A stretch of DNA of 64,000 nt from a virus, in the IMG/VR virus record IMGVR_UViG_3300020370_000003, positions 17,399-81,398 of that record; one strand, written 5' to 3'. The notes beneath the pieces were generated by a model. That model saw only the letters and a program-made list of their open reading frames with translations. It had not been told where the DNA came from and did no database searches. Below, piece by piece: positions 46,201 through 50,853 of this stretch. The position numbers and the translations under genes are program-made. How positions within the stretch are numbered: position 1 is the first letter of the stretch; each line of letters opens with the position of its first letter.

Positions 46201-46872
46201 ATTAGATAAATTATCAATTGCAACAATATTACTTTCAACAAAACCACTCAAATATGTAATGAAAGTTAAATCTGCTCCATCAGCATCGAGTTTTGTTCTA
46301 GGAGCAGTTGTGAAGATTATATCAGTACCTTCTACAGTATAATCTATATTAGGAATTAGAATCTCACCATAAGACTGTACAATCAAATGTTGTGCAGAAG
46401 GTGGAGCTACGGGATTATTTTGAGAAGTTAACGGGAATTTTTGAGTAGTTCCATCAAACAATGCCAATGGACTTGCAAGACCCAACCACTTTAATTTAAC
46501 CTGTTCGTATGAAATACCTGGACTTAAAGCAATATTAGGAGCATGACTTACAGATTCATAGTAAATTACTTCATCACCAATCAGAATAGATCCATCGTTC
46601 TCTAAAAATGGGTCTACACTCTCTACAACTACTGTATCAGTATCTACTCCAAGAGGTTCTACTATCTTCGTTGCACCATCAAGTATTCCTATATCCAGTT
46701 TATCAATATCCAGATATTGTAAGAAATTGTTTAAAATATTTTGTCCTAGTCCAGTTTTCTCCTGCGATCTATAATAATATTCAATGAATTTATTAAAGAG
46801 AGGATACTCATCCTCAACGAACGCTGGAGTCAGTGACTTAACTGACTGGGAGACTTTATTGATATTTGCCAT
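22243..46872 (-). CDS. gp7: Giant gp7-like baseplate wedge protein (8209 aa) with YHYH, LamG, helical and nested YPR domains
   Basis: Uninterrupted 24.6-kb ORF directly after gp6; wedge motifs IKDFYASKGT..SIAYLFKLLYGE and KIQDSYYYQDFSY...VHPASFKVFG; YHYH motif HSPIIGWAFDGNPIYGPYGY; two LamG-like segments (WTLEFFI...FIDNIRL and FTFEFYI...HIDEVRIS). Confidence 0.8.
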   Translation of the reverse strand: MANINKVSQSVKSLTPAFVEDEYPLFNKFIEYYYRSQEKTGLGQNILNNFLQYLDIDKLDIGILDGATKIVEPLGVDTDTVVVESVDPFLENDGSILIGDEVIYYESVSHAPNIALSPGISYEQVKLKWLGLASPLALFDGTTQKFPLTSQNNPVAPPSAQHLIVQSYGEILIPNIDYTVEGTDIIFTTAPRTKLDADGADLTFITYLSGFVESNIVAIDNLSNSFGEGNRQFTITRDGALYEPVIDEYVLAIYDNELLIPKVDFFIDGNQFIFKDAPLNGRFLSLYSVEAPIPSFGAGAIGYARIDDAGTLTGISTNTNGSNYRFEYPPKVSIKSENGSGAAATALVNGIKSVSLLDGGYGYSDTNPPLVDVQSPTKPGSTTASIRATVTNGAVSGLEVLNSGSGYTFTPRLSFRQPGGGKIDPPTISNGSISGGITVTNGGIGYTTVPDIYIDEPTEVDGIRASLRAVLTDGRITSVQILNAGQGYVGTPRVAVVDPTGAQILQTKVDGDGRVTDIELLNGGSGYQDVPSVYIVDERVDQLGNYAGGTGATAVASIFNGQIIDINITNFGSGYSATEPPTIFIQEPPSSEASATVGLNEVTGFTVNQNGTGYSKAKFEGCARAASGIKEYSEDGNAVFSDVTVASTAVTDTPVKCLDALFIKRLLDKYTEQFLPDVPSLDYSQIDVRTAIKTIKDFYASKGTSYSIAYLFKLLYGETVSISYPKDQIIKPSDATWSIDTILRATLVSGDSNNIKDALLIQDRDIADDNVQAASALVENFISIKTSELTIYELVLSEETINGTFTVPYKTKLAEPLNFTDGIITVDSTIGWPERNGEFLIGTGTGSELVQYKEKSLNQFIECTRSVNNVVEDWDSATEVTSNFRVYLNKGTAQEVVMNIVGIVDAQQTTLTDTGSYYLPGDKLTVSKLGGTGVGPDLTTWLYNVKKLIDVDTVTYGGVNNQSATITCTNPHGLLVGDQVTIYGANPIIYNGTFLVTSRDSDLIFQYNLPQPATVIPQGNILVSVDLNKGKSVNSAVNNAVSPYTTNIQNSFFNDNYVYVASTGIPNYEIGPFPGSALLPGNQRKLNRFPKVPTTISTKNAISSGPIGTWVNGVSIWSYKSTEAKTFGAVTDVSITNSGSGYDAASPPAITMTGGGGEGATASVVVNGSLSEITVTNGGSGYTSSPLVSIVGGGGSGAAATAIITKGSVSRILINSGGSGYISQPLITIVGGGGNGAAGTASVRGPIQSIGITNGGVQYTSSPTVTLSSGKGAVAQAIVNDGRIISIAIISAGSGYTTAPEVSVQGVGFGAIARATIDTDGENAGRVTNIEIVNKGINYIQGSTIINLTSVGQNATFTANVFQWNYNLQATSQFDTAKGSVFTGYNNEYGGEYAHLSNPQKMRYILGDNLYEEIGTGNILEQEEQLSHSPIIGWAFDGNPIYGPYGYVDPTDQSSATVRLRTSYKLKDELIYDDTINPTPNRTAGPLLTEEPAGNFVEDYEYSFGLGDLDQYNGRFCKTPDFPNGAYAYFVTIDATDAGSPLFPYVIGPSFNSVVDEWNLSANAIQQNIPTGVVRYRDPYENVDIDVERVPNASTAALTTEDGEILLFEVEDENRDGIIGPEETADPDQMFEESPLQLFDYFPKVKFDSKVDIEVETTTKFEDASVTGFTVENTGKNYQVDDRLIFDNTDTDGAGVSARISKIKGEAVAAYDFENISGANYGVLQTADPHNLIAGDVVYIDYTPIMQNTNKTFVVRQYKGIEEIVIDQRGSGYNTDIPPTITIDGDGTSGKLEAVVSTVGAIDQVNILNSGSGYTSNPRVILSHPQVFKKADYYLSKIGNQNYVKINDTYVSDNKEIFICGKTKDAVGNSVGFVAKLSATGVKEWENTLESTDGQYYTEFQKLYVDGLDVWVVGNNKPNSNLLNAYNPDVILAKYTQTENGLSAGLQFQKGYAGISGATRADYVTSIQKWSDTRFIIGGYTNTNSSNPYDAFLASIDSTGNFAIKRKLVSTSKSEKIVDMKVITTTSGATELYFLMEVGLNQSTTDVNLAFGKATLTTSAINIDFIKEYSTSVYSLVDGSLVFDEFNECYISCSLRFKSDPTQKDSFWVCKVSRTGDIIWNYRYVAPGRDITMADRSSIDIFGDLNVAFSRDNTTTGVKTVDSVKIGYNGIIKNHTTNEFNKNRIEGITVHSVNTDNSGDVYLSGQTQWNRNEFIFDFAANEQTDLTSNYTLTSVGASNAITYDDNMAKIYGYQPAGSSSTWENSYLKVAGSDLGTTLANDWTLEFFIYKSGSQSQTLSQNVQTIMGIGGARDATGGLWLGYDNSSGELQMVITNQTTQLINGSGQSSTQTTMYADNSWQTIAVRKEGNVFKAFVNGIEVITGTLSNTSFATKDLYFGNQVGFGAGATDFSQNYQGQFFIDNIRLRNRAVTVTVPSDISSLPPVASFALGFAWTDTAWFTNNLTKYDYIDHNGWNLKVDKNADSTRLGDKGVQTNTQLGFVRTSVTPVTGSSMTIGEADFALGDAGLQTLDFDDATITMTPGTETLTYTNDIWSSRTATVPSPGSQKLQVSAVVKDRYFFKVTNTVKIDNIQELTINQPFIFTTGSKLRLNNLSNGNFINSGYIIKSDIPNRKIYVAVQNNPWTNDLNTGILVSEQFNEQDTYGIVGPIPNDVNEMKAYTFAQVNNTTPGTFDIDMSTYDAPANIGGTNNLDDFARFKPFNVGDYSVRIDEIGGSSSFIVGSVVSLTSSDISFNANYNTCEITNLIGVTKITLISNLERILQITAVANSDEVYVITGTSHYLSEGEIVYVDGNPSQTDGGLVYDEYDGAFAVDTVVSPLEFTYKLPQTAITAPATNAASVGIFVKSPTLKMYYGHQYIFDLAHSTLVGGNLSFAKDNLYKLEYSFNSIERIGTPGLTGQGEPNPSVKLKVDSDIVTNISYYFDPSRTGADSPVISDSYLDVTDSPYTGTFTISSTSGQTITRGADVFKFPLLNEPEGIGDISRTSYTTSSLKAVGSIGDIRIINPGGFYTKLPIVTGIASTRKIERVQIIEPGTEYAVGTYNGVPIAGDGEGGFVQITVADGQDDEGITIPGQIQEVLVTSPGKGYTSATIDVEGVSGILGAGLTGSGADLSVVIPPFGTEASIFTKGDKVGKIKKLKNNNFGYDYPHDYTLRPEITFPLNAQLTSTSILESITVTNPGSGYSLAPTVVITGGGGSGATAEATIKNGRLDIVEVKDPGAGYSSTPSVSLRSSFNYVVNLDLGLLQFAYPHGITNGAEISVAVTDTGDGADYPLAAGATGRLNPNTTYYAISGSANSLEDDQLKIAITPQNAELGDALSFVNAGDGRQSILTESFGGAATANVITSTFLEGELVYQGDSLETSTAQGYVSTNSGWQIGPRILKIVNYDGVFSEGEQITGVISKSSGTISDLKFARGVLDIGSITKTTGQFIDDVGKPSEIIQKIQDSYYYQDFSYAVKSAVSISEWKEILIRNVHPASFKVFGELNLNEYGEIPNKDTFFELTKSVELAQEAIVPNIQNFALVDPIYTEFNNTEVLFRQKRLTSSENILTSVVQRVDDISDQFDGIKTSFPLTVNGGTVVANANQLMVVLNGVVQNPETAFTIQQDSIVFNEPPRPPASVKYASVTIDAIQGYEMTFNNPSGIYPGLGNEIKGSSTDARFTVLKVVGNVVTGYITDGSFILGELCNVVATGFAGNLASITPVGSIGLFTFGENITNLEGNTAKVEAVNLETGQEMPIAKLRYSIGPSTTVFEVIDPTASTDQPVPVGTFVANVNYQVGSEIFTLVGTVDNAESTSLTVVRNVLGTTAANQQDNTPLYSTKIEVTDQLTLSKTAGTYTSTPGLFDIQLNDVIYGAQSGVIARITSTSAYQDPITQEFIGQVDISPGSSFFGLLFNRITSQTYPNVVLDDIASSAVSIVDATDNLTPYNGNFPANEQINNYIVPFNNLTGTLQLNENIRNYKIEYGNNTNEFVTGETGKVRKMSFYDREGTGFFSSGQVIRSRDTKAEVIGYNQARNTVYLGKIGRTKSNGEDYFDFTFAGSAQIDTAQKKYGAASLQLTAGTTDYIWCQTTNEIAFSSGDFTFEFYIRPDSSSLSGTIDVFDTRVSSANEVALRVYLESGQVRWNVNNADLVTSVGTSLTADTWAHVAYTRTGTSGKMYIDGVEVGTGTDNTTYTAKPLFIGVGYAFGTGFIGHIDEVRISNTVRYAAAFTPLAGIFQGDSATKMLLHFDGKDGQQWVQDWSGSESFTKGEYFNNDAIISTVRYVGDHTFVAGTSNAALTFNDGTIKDVTDATYNGETGVLVLTIGSHSFTTSNTVTIGTDKLPFTCDKDNHTTEHRYPRPTDPAHGVALTIDSVTGTTITVNVGRAVSRGFVGNTNRYYNAATLIESNLDFIAQEAVYLLEQKFPDFTVINGSVNCQDDVKDICKSIASDLRNGSNEKIWTAASYYVDREDINNVKLLNVENEIVETVWTYGKLNQILRYIITNDAWDVQGHHGHKQKFDTSITESSGNAASKFTPSGAEYNAATGELKILKASHGLFSETSLSINGGGYNPVTGMLTCTTGSAHNLTAGSKLQIEDESLTFTCTMDQNRSEHKYPRASDHASQGWLDVVVVDSTTFQVDVGKTPDVIFNPTAATYSGSTGLLKMTIGEHRLRAGTNIKVATGSLPFRCTMDGLQSVKKYPRANDFIYQDSVPILYEGTTHTANGASYTPETGLLTITVFSHGFAHGDKVRIADDSLTFECLLDNNITQHRYPRSTDPTSGRLHKIVNVTTNTFDVNVGISTDLSLHTFKSADPNGIIHKDNTITLDVGKTHNIAYDVSSANYTPVTGALVITTSAPGSPGLGGNMNLMVGDSIRLRDGAFLFACNMDGQATDHAYPRLTDPARGTAVEVTNISEINRTATDASYNPLTGMMTVTCGALLSPPSTRNCTGAAYDPATGMLTITSSGHQVYNGNLVRLNDGAFIFRCGLDDETTDHFYPRSGDPARDEWLPAQNRTDNTFDLFIGKSQDLSEHTCVGVTTNPCMKVAGELVRFEEGAITFSCTKDGNATNHAYPRKTDPVFRRGWSVVEASTNTTFDVFVGRTIFGAYTHSFVSGLADGIRQNNNAFTVNVGKSKFSAYTPSAAVYVPETGIMDLTIGNHWIKDSTTHTATDVNYIASTGVMTLTIPNHGFMIGDKVKVADNAISLTCSLDQHGSEHTYPRSTDPKSGEWMLISNVTDNTFDVNVGTSPQLDFDVSNASYDPVSGDLVLTIGTHSLSVGTSIRLKDNSITFVCDYGGDGFSTQKSYPRSYGANTSDNQDYAYNTSLNITAKDATTITVNVNEAPDTAISHAGTHNYHSSLSGAVITGGDYTHTFVSCVQNGITRAGDSVYIEQDSLTFRCDLDGQTTDKTYPRASGSNAPGGADYAYNTATYVQDVKTTTHTPTDAAYNPTTGMMTITMDGHGLTAPTTKTAESGTSFNPATGELFVTSANHGFVTGDMVKIANNSLVFTCAEDGNSTNHSYPRPSDFASGRFFPILRTSANDFSMTVGSAFGDQPISNNTTHVWVSAVANGLIKANDKVRLDENAVTFTCAKDDDATNHSYPRRTDPSYFEWLPLDNVLTNTFDVFIGKSSDTSTHTFVNFVANSMQRPTGVITVDVGISSNTSTHVFQSASADAIKCGGQYTHVWKGGLTVDKAFTVGGDYTHEFVTGGEKFTITTAAFTPGTGLMTVTVPNHGFENGDMVKFDDGSITFRCLQDNYQTDHTYPRSSDPASDTYLEVSSVTKDTFVVNVGTSSNTTTHQFQSAVTNGLTRAVIRTGGAYTHTLTGAKGGCFKKKGRAIAIDDHGLTMTCEYDDRASNHTYPRTTDPSSKQVLPITKFDTNSFTVNVGPTSFNKNYKPYNPDTATYDTSNGNLQINLLAHDITTDDFVIIEDESIRFTCTMDNNQSIKSYPRPGHDVRTSGKELPVIATDATSITVNVGTPGTNQTFTPSAATYDASTGDMTLTIGQHGMRKGSSIVIQNNTLQFTCDMDGNTATKTYPRATDPYGAEKSIPVTDVYYSSGTASNAAFVPSTGVMTITLTAHGLNNGDYIQLVDESLTFRCNLDGYTSDHKYPRATDPSSGRWLAISNKTNDTFDVNVGISSDTSTHAFLSAATNGVRAQNGMIKVNVGKSPIKGYNPSLAAGSTTAYDPTTGMLTIDIGAHELEVGDGIKIAKQSFGFICAQDGGNTIHYYPRTSDWGYNKSHPITATTSTSVTVNISNGAISNTTEHAFYTVYDKYTPTGITYSGWTGIMTVTTNVVHNMDAGEYIKFDDNSLTFTCTKDGNATEHRYPRATDPASGKWLKVLSTGLTSYTFQVQVLDISPSTNVTTHTFVAGKTYATNCIKRAAVVTGGDYAHTFTGNASSNNVSYQPASAHTFSSADPGAVKKLLTKHSFVSAETNCVTVMDYSVGDCVDVQATVENLIDIVTDTLEDANNPSPIDHLGSVSKLSSDPNNEFLGGRVYAYLEETFPVSLHNSTDDIIYANQIGSNGKYRFQDAADLVEANAGPIVDKASYDMLTLYPDLVLDMPRNADGSGNGTLQCKTDLALILTEFIKDLRQGGNFNTVNVARRYLGANDVILHIRLQLFQSAYAHLRLAHYMKQAITGNLTYDNTDKIIVGDWGITQSTSSTFTASSATYDPATGILVATIGTHSLEVGRYVNVANASLTFSCAGGTGTHTFVSGVTDAITADSGGPFTAATGTTYNPSNGNLELEIGSHSLTTSNTISIADFGITFTCDADNHSSNHPYPRPTDPASTNTSDMNNGVLAISAVTGTTITVNVSAVTSSQAAYPRSTDPASGSNLEILAADATTITLNVGATTNVQAHTFVSAVAAGIVSPGDCADVKEAIDSLVETANDIIAPTNNDFAISADRLYFNRKSIADEITTLVSNEFQFQLAEGGPYYNAFLYPEPGGVQTCQRDLSLIMLGIISDLQTGGNNSTIAAMENYLSTTMQINFIEDELLATTYAIEQMKWLGEHAILNRLYTKDSNEVPPAYNFNYTTIEAYRDGLTPVDMSPVVTRFKELVDIALNILAPGKLAMRGAAKNLLYNQSYYKEEITTLVAQQFGSSVWLYDDWLNTIVTNLVHDLITTDITDTVVAHNIEIENVTGAFEVGEMIFSQRAGGGSAVVLEYKSEGSFLVVGKWYGSPWEANDRLEGTRSGVVANVKVGGVGYPYTWFNKPANVRTIAFAKNIQSNIQGQVSAPNLFSNPEQIRFNWLPGYIVISDDFAQAPDGTQTAEKLIAYQSNGYHYTSRNYSLTSYDTWDDGTIKFDDTNNSFDEGGAATDDDNQQYTFSVFFKGDEFNKVRFGLVMDAGTVGQQDVFFDLDLATGTAGTLFQPQGGISGDAYGSVPYGNGWYRAYITTTISFGFSELRAQFLMYDTTNSLSYLGDGASGMFMWGAKLSVGTIDPYTSQLGEIFYADTEYNVKTYALSALETYASQAISDTLTSPSPAASYIKYFDANSSAYYNDKSVTRCIRSNLDILKGQLGLDTFYTNITVNNGISMPTYTYGTREVPIGLGGGLNDSDYLYGFNSGAYAELETMTVNEGEIVNIYQRLRFDAEITDGPFWIGETIRKVSDNAVNGTVHGLWEDENYRYVDVIMSAGTFAALDIVESDRAQLPPTGQISVITDRLQIIDLKGTFEASVPFKAYTSGATATPTEFIRTEAAVLDNTGGTLTVDTETLLGSFETTSVVYPEVSRQYIEVNKFDGFDISVGDRIASAGYTRLGITVISGLNEFTVGSRLYKVVGGIQDFDNYAIISEVDLDNNFLYVADFQGTPLTNGDLVGDYGVGNNFPVGYASVTTRVVTPGAGSALIQDIRDSGTLKRVYLSNIKGTFVTKDAIISADDYKAIVVNKVPLLARVKRAFKGFDGVQTTFKLSTGNGTQYLPDPAGHLLIFVNGILQPPGASSAYTAFSDSIQFTEPPDLGASFTGFYVGKLRQLDDISFEFDSLRQSFNLKRNDVFYSLTLTDGVQSTTIRPENNIIVSLNGVIQEPGVGFELVGSRIIFSEIPRVGSTFVGFSYVGSEADVDAAEVIPPIEPGDFIDIQGETSDREVAVIESSNSLITFDYLGSVFGQNAQAQANLTSGFINSVQVTSGGSGYTSRPNVRVDSISGFEGDINALVGVGGVVINNQGTGYQNPNIEVETSVPDDWTAPDLSQYGEELVDPETP
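27544..33283 (-). repeat. Array of 18 nested ~105-aa YPR domains (protein-level repeat)
   Basis: 18 occurrences of F.C..D.....(H/K).YPR, each with a matching Y.P.TG opening and H.F closing segment. Confidence 0.85.
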
Positions 46873-46877
46873 CTAAG

Positions 46878-48908
46878 TTAGAAACAACTAGAAGTGAGAG
46901 AACCTGTATTATTAATTGAAGTAACTTCAACTAGAGTTGGTGCTTGATTAAACACCTTTGGTGTCAAACTATTTAGAGGTACAGTAGGAGGTGGTGTTGT
47001 ACCAACTGGAGCTACTGTGACTTCAGGATTAATGACGTTGATTATTGTTCCAGGAGTTGATGCTGGAATAGTAGAACTGTTAGAAGGTATAAACAGAGTT
47101 GGCAACTGCAAATCTGTTGGTAATAAAGTAATGTCAATTACACTACCTGTGCCAGTAACAGCATCAGAAAGATTTAAATTGGTAGTTGCTGGAACATTAT
47201 CTCCAGCTCCTATTATATTGATTGGTCCTATGCAAATATCACCAGTTTCATAATTTATAGAACCTGCGGAAGTATTAGTGTATACCTTCTTATTTCCAGT
47301 ATTATAGAAGGTTCTCAACTTACCAAAACCATCATCTTCAAACTGTTGATCAACACCAGGTCTATCTGCTGTTCTAAAATTACCAGATAGTATCACTGGT
47401 TCTTTCTTACAACCAGTAGTATCACTATCAACGTTACTTGGAGCACTATCATATAGGGATGAACCTGTTGATATACAATAAGTATTAGTTTGATTTGTTT
47501 GAGGTTTAATATACTTCAAAAGTGATGTTTGCACAGAAACATCACTAATTGCCTTATTAGATAAGGTAATTGCTTTCTGGAATTGTTGATTTCTAAATGT
47601 TGAGTTAAAGTTATTGATTTGAGTTTGAGTTGCCCAATCATTAACAGAACTCTGTATATTAGTCTTAATTTCAGACGTATTGTTAGTTACTCCAGTATCA
47701 TACAAAGCAAATACTTTAGGATATACATAAAGTTCATCTGGGTCAATAACTACAGGGTCAATAGATGCCATTGCATAACTTCTAAGATCTGAAGCAATAG
47801 TCTTCTTAGTAGCATCATTTAGAGATGAACCTGTTTTAGTCTTAATTGCAATATAAACCTTACCGTAAATTGGTGGATTTAATGAGTCACCACCATAAGC
47901 AATAACAGAATCTGCATTAGAATATATTTTCTTAGTAATTACAGCATAATCTTGTGCTGTAACTGCTCTATATTGAGAAGAGTAATATCTAGGAGCCATA
48001 TACTTGATAGACTCTACAGTCTCAGAAGGAGACCCCTGTTGTGATTTTTCCTTTGTTGTTAGAGTAACATCTCCGTTTGGAGGTGTAATTCCAAGACTAT
48101 CATTAAGAGAACCTATAAAGGTAAACTTCTGAACTTCATTTGCTTCTTGACCAGAAGTAACTAAGTACTCTAAATTAATTATTTCACCGTCTTTAAGTTT
48201 TCTACCAACACTATCATCACCAAACCTTATTTCGTATCTTTGGTCTTCTCCTTCAGCAATAAAGTAAACCCTAGTGGAAGCAGTCAAATTAGTAACTGTA
48301 TCAACTAAATTGTACAAATCTGATGTAGTAGATGCTTCGTTTGGTTTAACAGTAACCGTTAAAGTGTCTATATCTGCATCTTCAGCAGGAACTATGTAAT
48401 TTTGACTCTCAAAACTACTTACAGTATATGAAAAGTCTACAATAGATCCTTCACGAATCATTAGATTATCAAATATTGCAATACCAGTGGTCGTATTAAC
48501 CTCTACAGTAGTATCAGCAAGTACATTCCATATGTAATTACCTCCACTTGCTACAGGCCCCTTAGAAAGCGTTAAACTACTAGGATATGCACCATTTGTT
48601 TGTGAAGTTTGTACCTCTAAATGTAAACATCCCTTAGAACATGTAATTGACCTTGGAACGTAGTTTAAAAGCTTTGCTATATTAACAATATTATCTCGCA
48701 ATGTCGCAGAAGGAAGAAATGCCTCATTCATTGACATATTAGCATTAAATGCACTATAATAAGTGTTATATGCTAAAGTATCGATAAGATAGGACAATCC
48801 TGACCCTTCAAAATCATAATCAGAAAACTCATTTCTAGTTCTCAGATAAGTTTTGATAGATGATTTAATATCCTCAAAATCTAATGCTGTCAGATTATTC
48901 GGTTGCAT
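46878..48908 (-). CDS. gp6: Baseplate wedge subunit gp6
   Basis: LDFEDIKSSIKTYL...FSDYDFEGSGLSYLIDTLAYNTYY, QYRAVTAQDY and PPIYGKVYIAIK motifs of T4 gp6. Confidence 0.95.
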   Translation of the reverse strand: MQPNNLTALDFEDIKSSIKTYLRTRNEFSDYDFEGSGLSYLIDTLAYNTYYSAFNANMSMNEAFLPSATLRDNIVNIAKLLNYVPRSITCSKGCLHLEVQTSQTNGAYPSSLTLSKGPVASGGNYIWNVLADTTVEVNTTTGIAIFDNLMIREGSIVDFSYTVSSFESQNYIVPAEDADIDTLTVTVKPNEASTTSDLYNLVDTVTNLTASTRVYFIAEGEDQRYEIRFGDDSVGRKLKDGEIINLEYLVTSGQEANEVQKFTFIGSLNDSLGITPPNGDVTLTTKEKSQQGSPSETVESIKYMAPRYYSSQYRAVTAQDYAVITKKIYSNADSVIAYGGDSLNPPIYGKVYIAIKTKTGSSLNDATKKTIASDLRSYAMASIDPVVIDPDELYVYPKVFALYDTGVTNNTSEIKTNIQSSVNDWATQTQINNFNSTFRNQQFQKAITLSNKAISDVSVQTSLLKYIKPQTNQTNTYCISTGSSLYDSAPSNVDSDTTGCKKEPVILSGNFRTADRPGVDQQFEDDGFGKLRTFYNTGNKKVYTNTSAGSINYETGDICIGPINIIGAGDNVPATTNLNLSDAVTGTGSVIDITLLPTDLQLPTLFIPSNSSTIPASTPGTIINVINPEVTVAPVGTTPPPTVPLNSLTPKVFNQAPTLVEVTSINNTGSLTSSCF

Positions 48909-49327
48909 TATCCAGCTCTTTGTAAAACAAATTTAACTTCTTCAACAATAGGTATACCTACAATTTGATATGTTATAGTTACTGCTAGTTTATTATTTCC
49001 CGAAAAAGGAACAGCATTAACTTCTCTAAGTTGTACTCTACTTTCATGTTGATTAATGGTATTTATTATCTCACTCTTAATTGCGTCTACACTAAACGCA
49101 TCTAGAGGTTCAAATAACATAGCATATACTTGGCAACCTATAGTCGGTTGAAATAATTTCTCACCAGGTGATGTCATTACCAAATTTCTGATAGACTGTT
49201 TTATAGCATTATCATCTTTGACGAGAGATACATCGTCAGTAAATGGATTTTTGCCAAAAGCCATACCAATATCTTTAAATGACCTAGACTTTGCTAGATC
49301 TTTACTACTAATCGGTTTCAGTGCCAT
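48908..49327 (-). CDS. gp25: Baseplate wedge subunit gp25
   Basis: AIKQSIRNLVMTSPGEKLFQP.IG...LFEPLD...ESRV motif of gp25/GPW; adjacent to gp6. Confidence 0.93.
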   Translation of the reverse strand: MALKPISSKDLAKSRSFKDIGMAFGKNPFTDDVSLVKDDNAIKQSIRNLVMTSPGEKLFQPTIGCQVYAMLFEPLDAFSVDAIKSEIINTINQHESRVQLREVNAVPFSGNNKLAVTITYQIVGIPIVEEVKFVLQRAG

Positions 49328-49466
49328 TATCTTTAGGTGACTTATTATTAATATCTCTTCTCATCAATTTATCACTTCTGGGGTCTGTAATCAAATACTT
49401 ACAGTACTCCCACCCATTCTTTTTAAACTCATCGCTCATATCAACTGGTCTATTAGCAACAGACAT
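49308..49466 (-). CDS. Small hypothetical protein (52 aa; not in ORF track)
   Basis: MSVANRPVDMSDEFKKNGWEYCKYLITDPRSDKLMRRDINNKSPKDNGTETD; preceded by late promoter GATAAATA; overlaps the gp25 start. Confidence 0.7.
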   Translation of the reverse strand: MSVANRPVDMSDEFKKNGWEYCKYLITDPRSDKLMRRDINNKSPKDNGTETD

Positions 49467-49487
49467 AATATTAGGAGATATCCTTTA

Positions 49488-50126
49488 TTATTTATCGTGG
49501 ATAACAGTCCTTTCAAAAGAGATATTAAATGAGAGACTTATTCTTTCATTATCAGTTGTATTAGTCTGAATACCATGCATTAACCATCCAGGAAATAGCA
49601 TTAGGTTTCCTTCTTCGGGTTTGTACTCATGACGAGGAGTTAAATTAGAAAATAACTTAGATGTGCCTAAATGAGGGTTTGGAGTTTCAAAGAATAAATT
49701 TCCATCCTCTCCATTGGTCTTAATATAATAAACACCCGATATATCAGTTGCACCATGATGGTGTATATGTCCGTAATTACCTTTTTTGAATAAAGAGAAC
49801 CAAGATTCTGCAATTGAACAATTTCCGTTATAATTTAAATATTGGCAATAGTTTATGATATGTTTTGATAGTTCTTCAACAAATACATTCATTTGATGAT
49901 TCTTAACTACATTCAATTTAAACCATATGTCAGACAAGTAATGACTTGACCAACATTCATTCATTTCAAATTCAGTCTTTTTCAAAGCACTGAACATTTC
50001 ATGTTGAATTGCATCAAAATTACCCACCTTAGAGGAATAGATGGGTGTTGGATATAGATTTTGGATTACATCATCATTATTGAGGATAAACCTATCACTC
50101 ACATGAGCTGGATTTACATCAGGCAT
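49488..50126 (-). CDS. 2OG-Fe(II) oxygenase (TIGR02466-type)
   Basis: LYPTPIY N-terminus, ESWF...HIHHH..DISGVYY, LMLFPGWLMHG, ERISLSFN. Confidence 0.88.
   Translation of the reverse strand: MPDVNPAHVSDRFILNNDDVIQNLYPTPIYSSKVGNFDAIQHEMFSALKKTEFEMNECWSSHYLSDIWFKLNVVKNHQMNVFVEELSKHIINYCQYLNYNGNCSIAESWFSLFKKGNYGHIHHHGATDISGVYYIKTNGEDGNLFFETPNPHLGTSKLFSNLTPRHEYKPEEGNLMLFPGWLMHGIQTNTTDNERISLSFNISFERTVIHDK
49489..49496 (-). promoter_or_regulatory. T4-type late promoter (GATAAATA)
   Basis: Upstream of the 52-aa ORF / gp25 / gp6 operon. Confidence 0.65.
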
Positions 50127-50851
50127 TAACGAAACCTTTTAGAGAATGTCATTTCCTCAACAAAACCTTTAAGAGCACTAAGAACCAACTTTCTGAAAGA
50201 TACACTTGCTTCACCCTGTATTTCCTCAAACATGTACATATTCAAGCGAAATGCGTAATTTGCTTCTACTACTATAGCATTAACATCTCCTTGGTCAACT
50301 TTGATCATAGTATCAAGAACTCTTCTATAAGAATCTTTAAATCCTTTCTTATCTGTTATCTCAGGGAACTCGTAGAATGCCAATCCTTTATCCTTTAAAC
50401 CTAAAGCATTTTTAGCAATACCACCAAGAATAACACCACCAGACAGATCTCCCATGTATCTTGTGTAATGATGTGCTATTAATAGTTTTGGATTCTCATG
50501 TGCTACCTCTTTAATACGATTTATATACTGCTGAGTTGCTTCAGTAGGATATATCTTTTCTCTCCACATATTACCCCAAAAATACTCACAGTCTTCTGCT
50601 AATGCATCATGTCTTGCTAAACCATTTAATCTCATAGGTCCAACATAAGGGTCATCCTTAAGCCTTTCCATTTCAGACTCCATAGCATGATATACAAAGT
50701 AAAAATTGGCAATTAATTGACTATAGTTACTTTCATTGACAACTCCCTTAAGAAATTGCTTGACAAAGGTAGTATTCTCTGCCATAGTGTGAGCTTTCTT
50801 TGTTCCCATCTTTAATTGTAGGGAAAATGGACCCTCTTGTAGTGTTGTCAT
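50126..50851 (-). CDS. ho1: Heme oxygenase (phage auxiliary metabolic gene)
   Basis: GTKKAHTMAENT.F (proximal His), HHYTRYMGDLSGG distal helix and EANYAFRLNM match cyanobacterial Ho1. Confidence 0.95.
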   Translation of the reverse strand: MTTLQEGPFSLQLKMGTKKAHTMAENTTFVKQFLKGVVNESNYSQLIANFYFVYHAMESEMERLKDDPYVGPMRLNGLARHDALAEDCEYFWGNMWREKIYPTEATQQYINRIKEVAHENPKLLIAHHYTRYMGDLSGGVILGGIAKNALGLKDKGLAFYEFPEITDKKGFKDSYRRVLDTMIKVDQGDVNAIVVEANYAFRLNMYMFEEIQGEASVSFRKLVLSALKGFVEEMTFSKRFR

Positions 50852-50853
50852 AA

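Noticed and set aside
22243-46872. Inteins, introns or stop-codon recoding as the cause of the giant ORF
   Set aside because: No intein splice motifs or homing endonuclease domains recognised; the frame is open under the standard code
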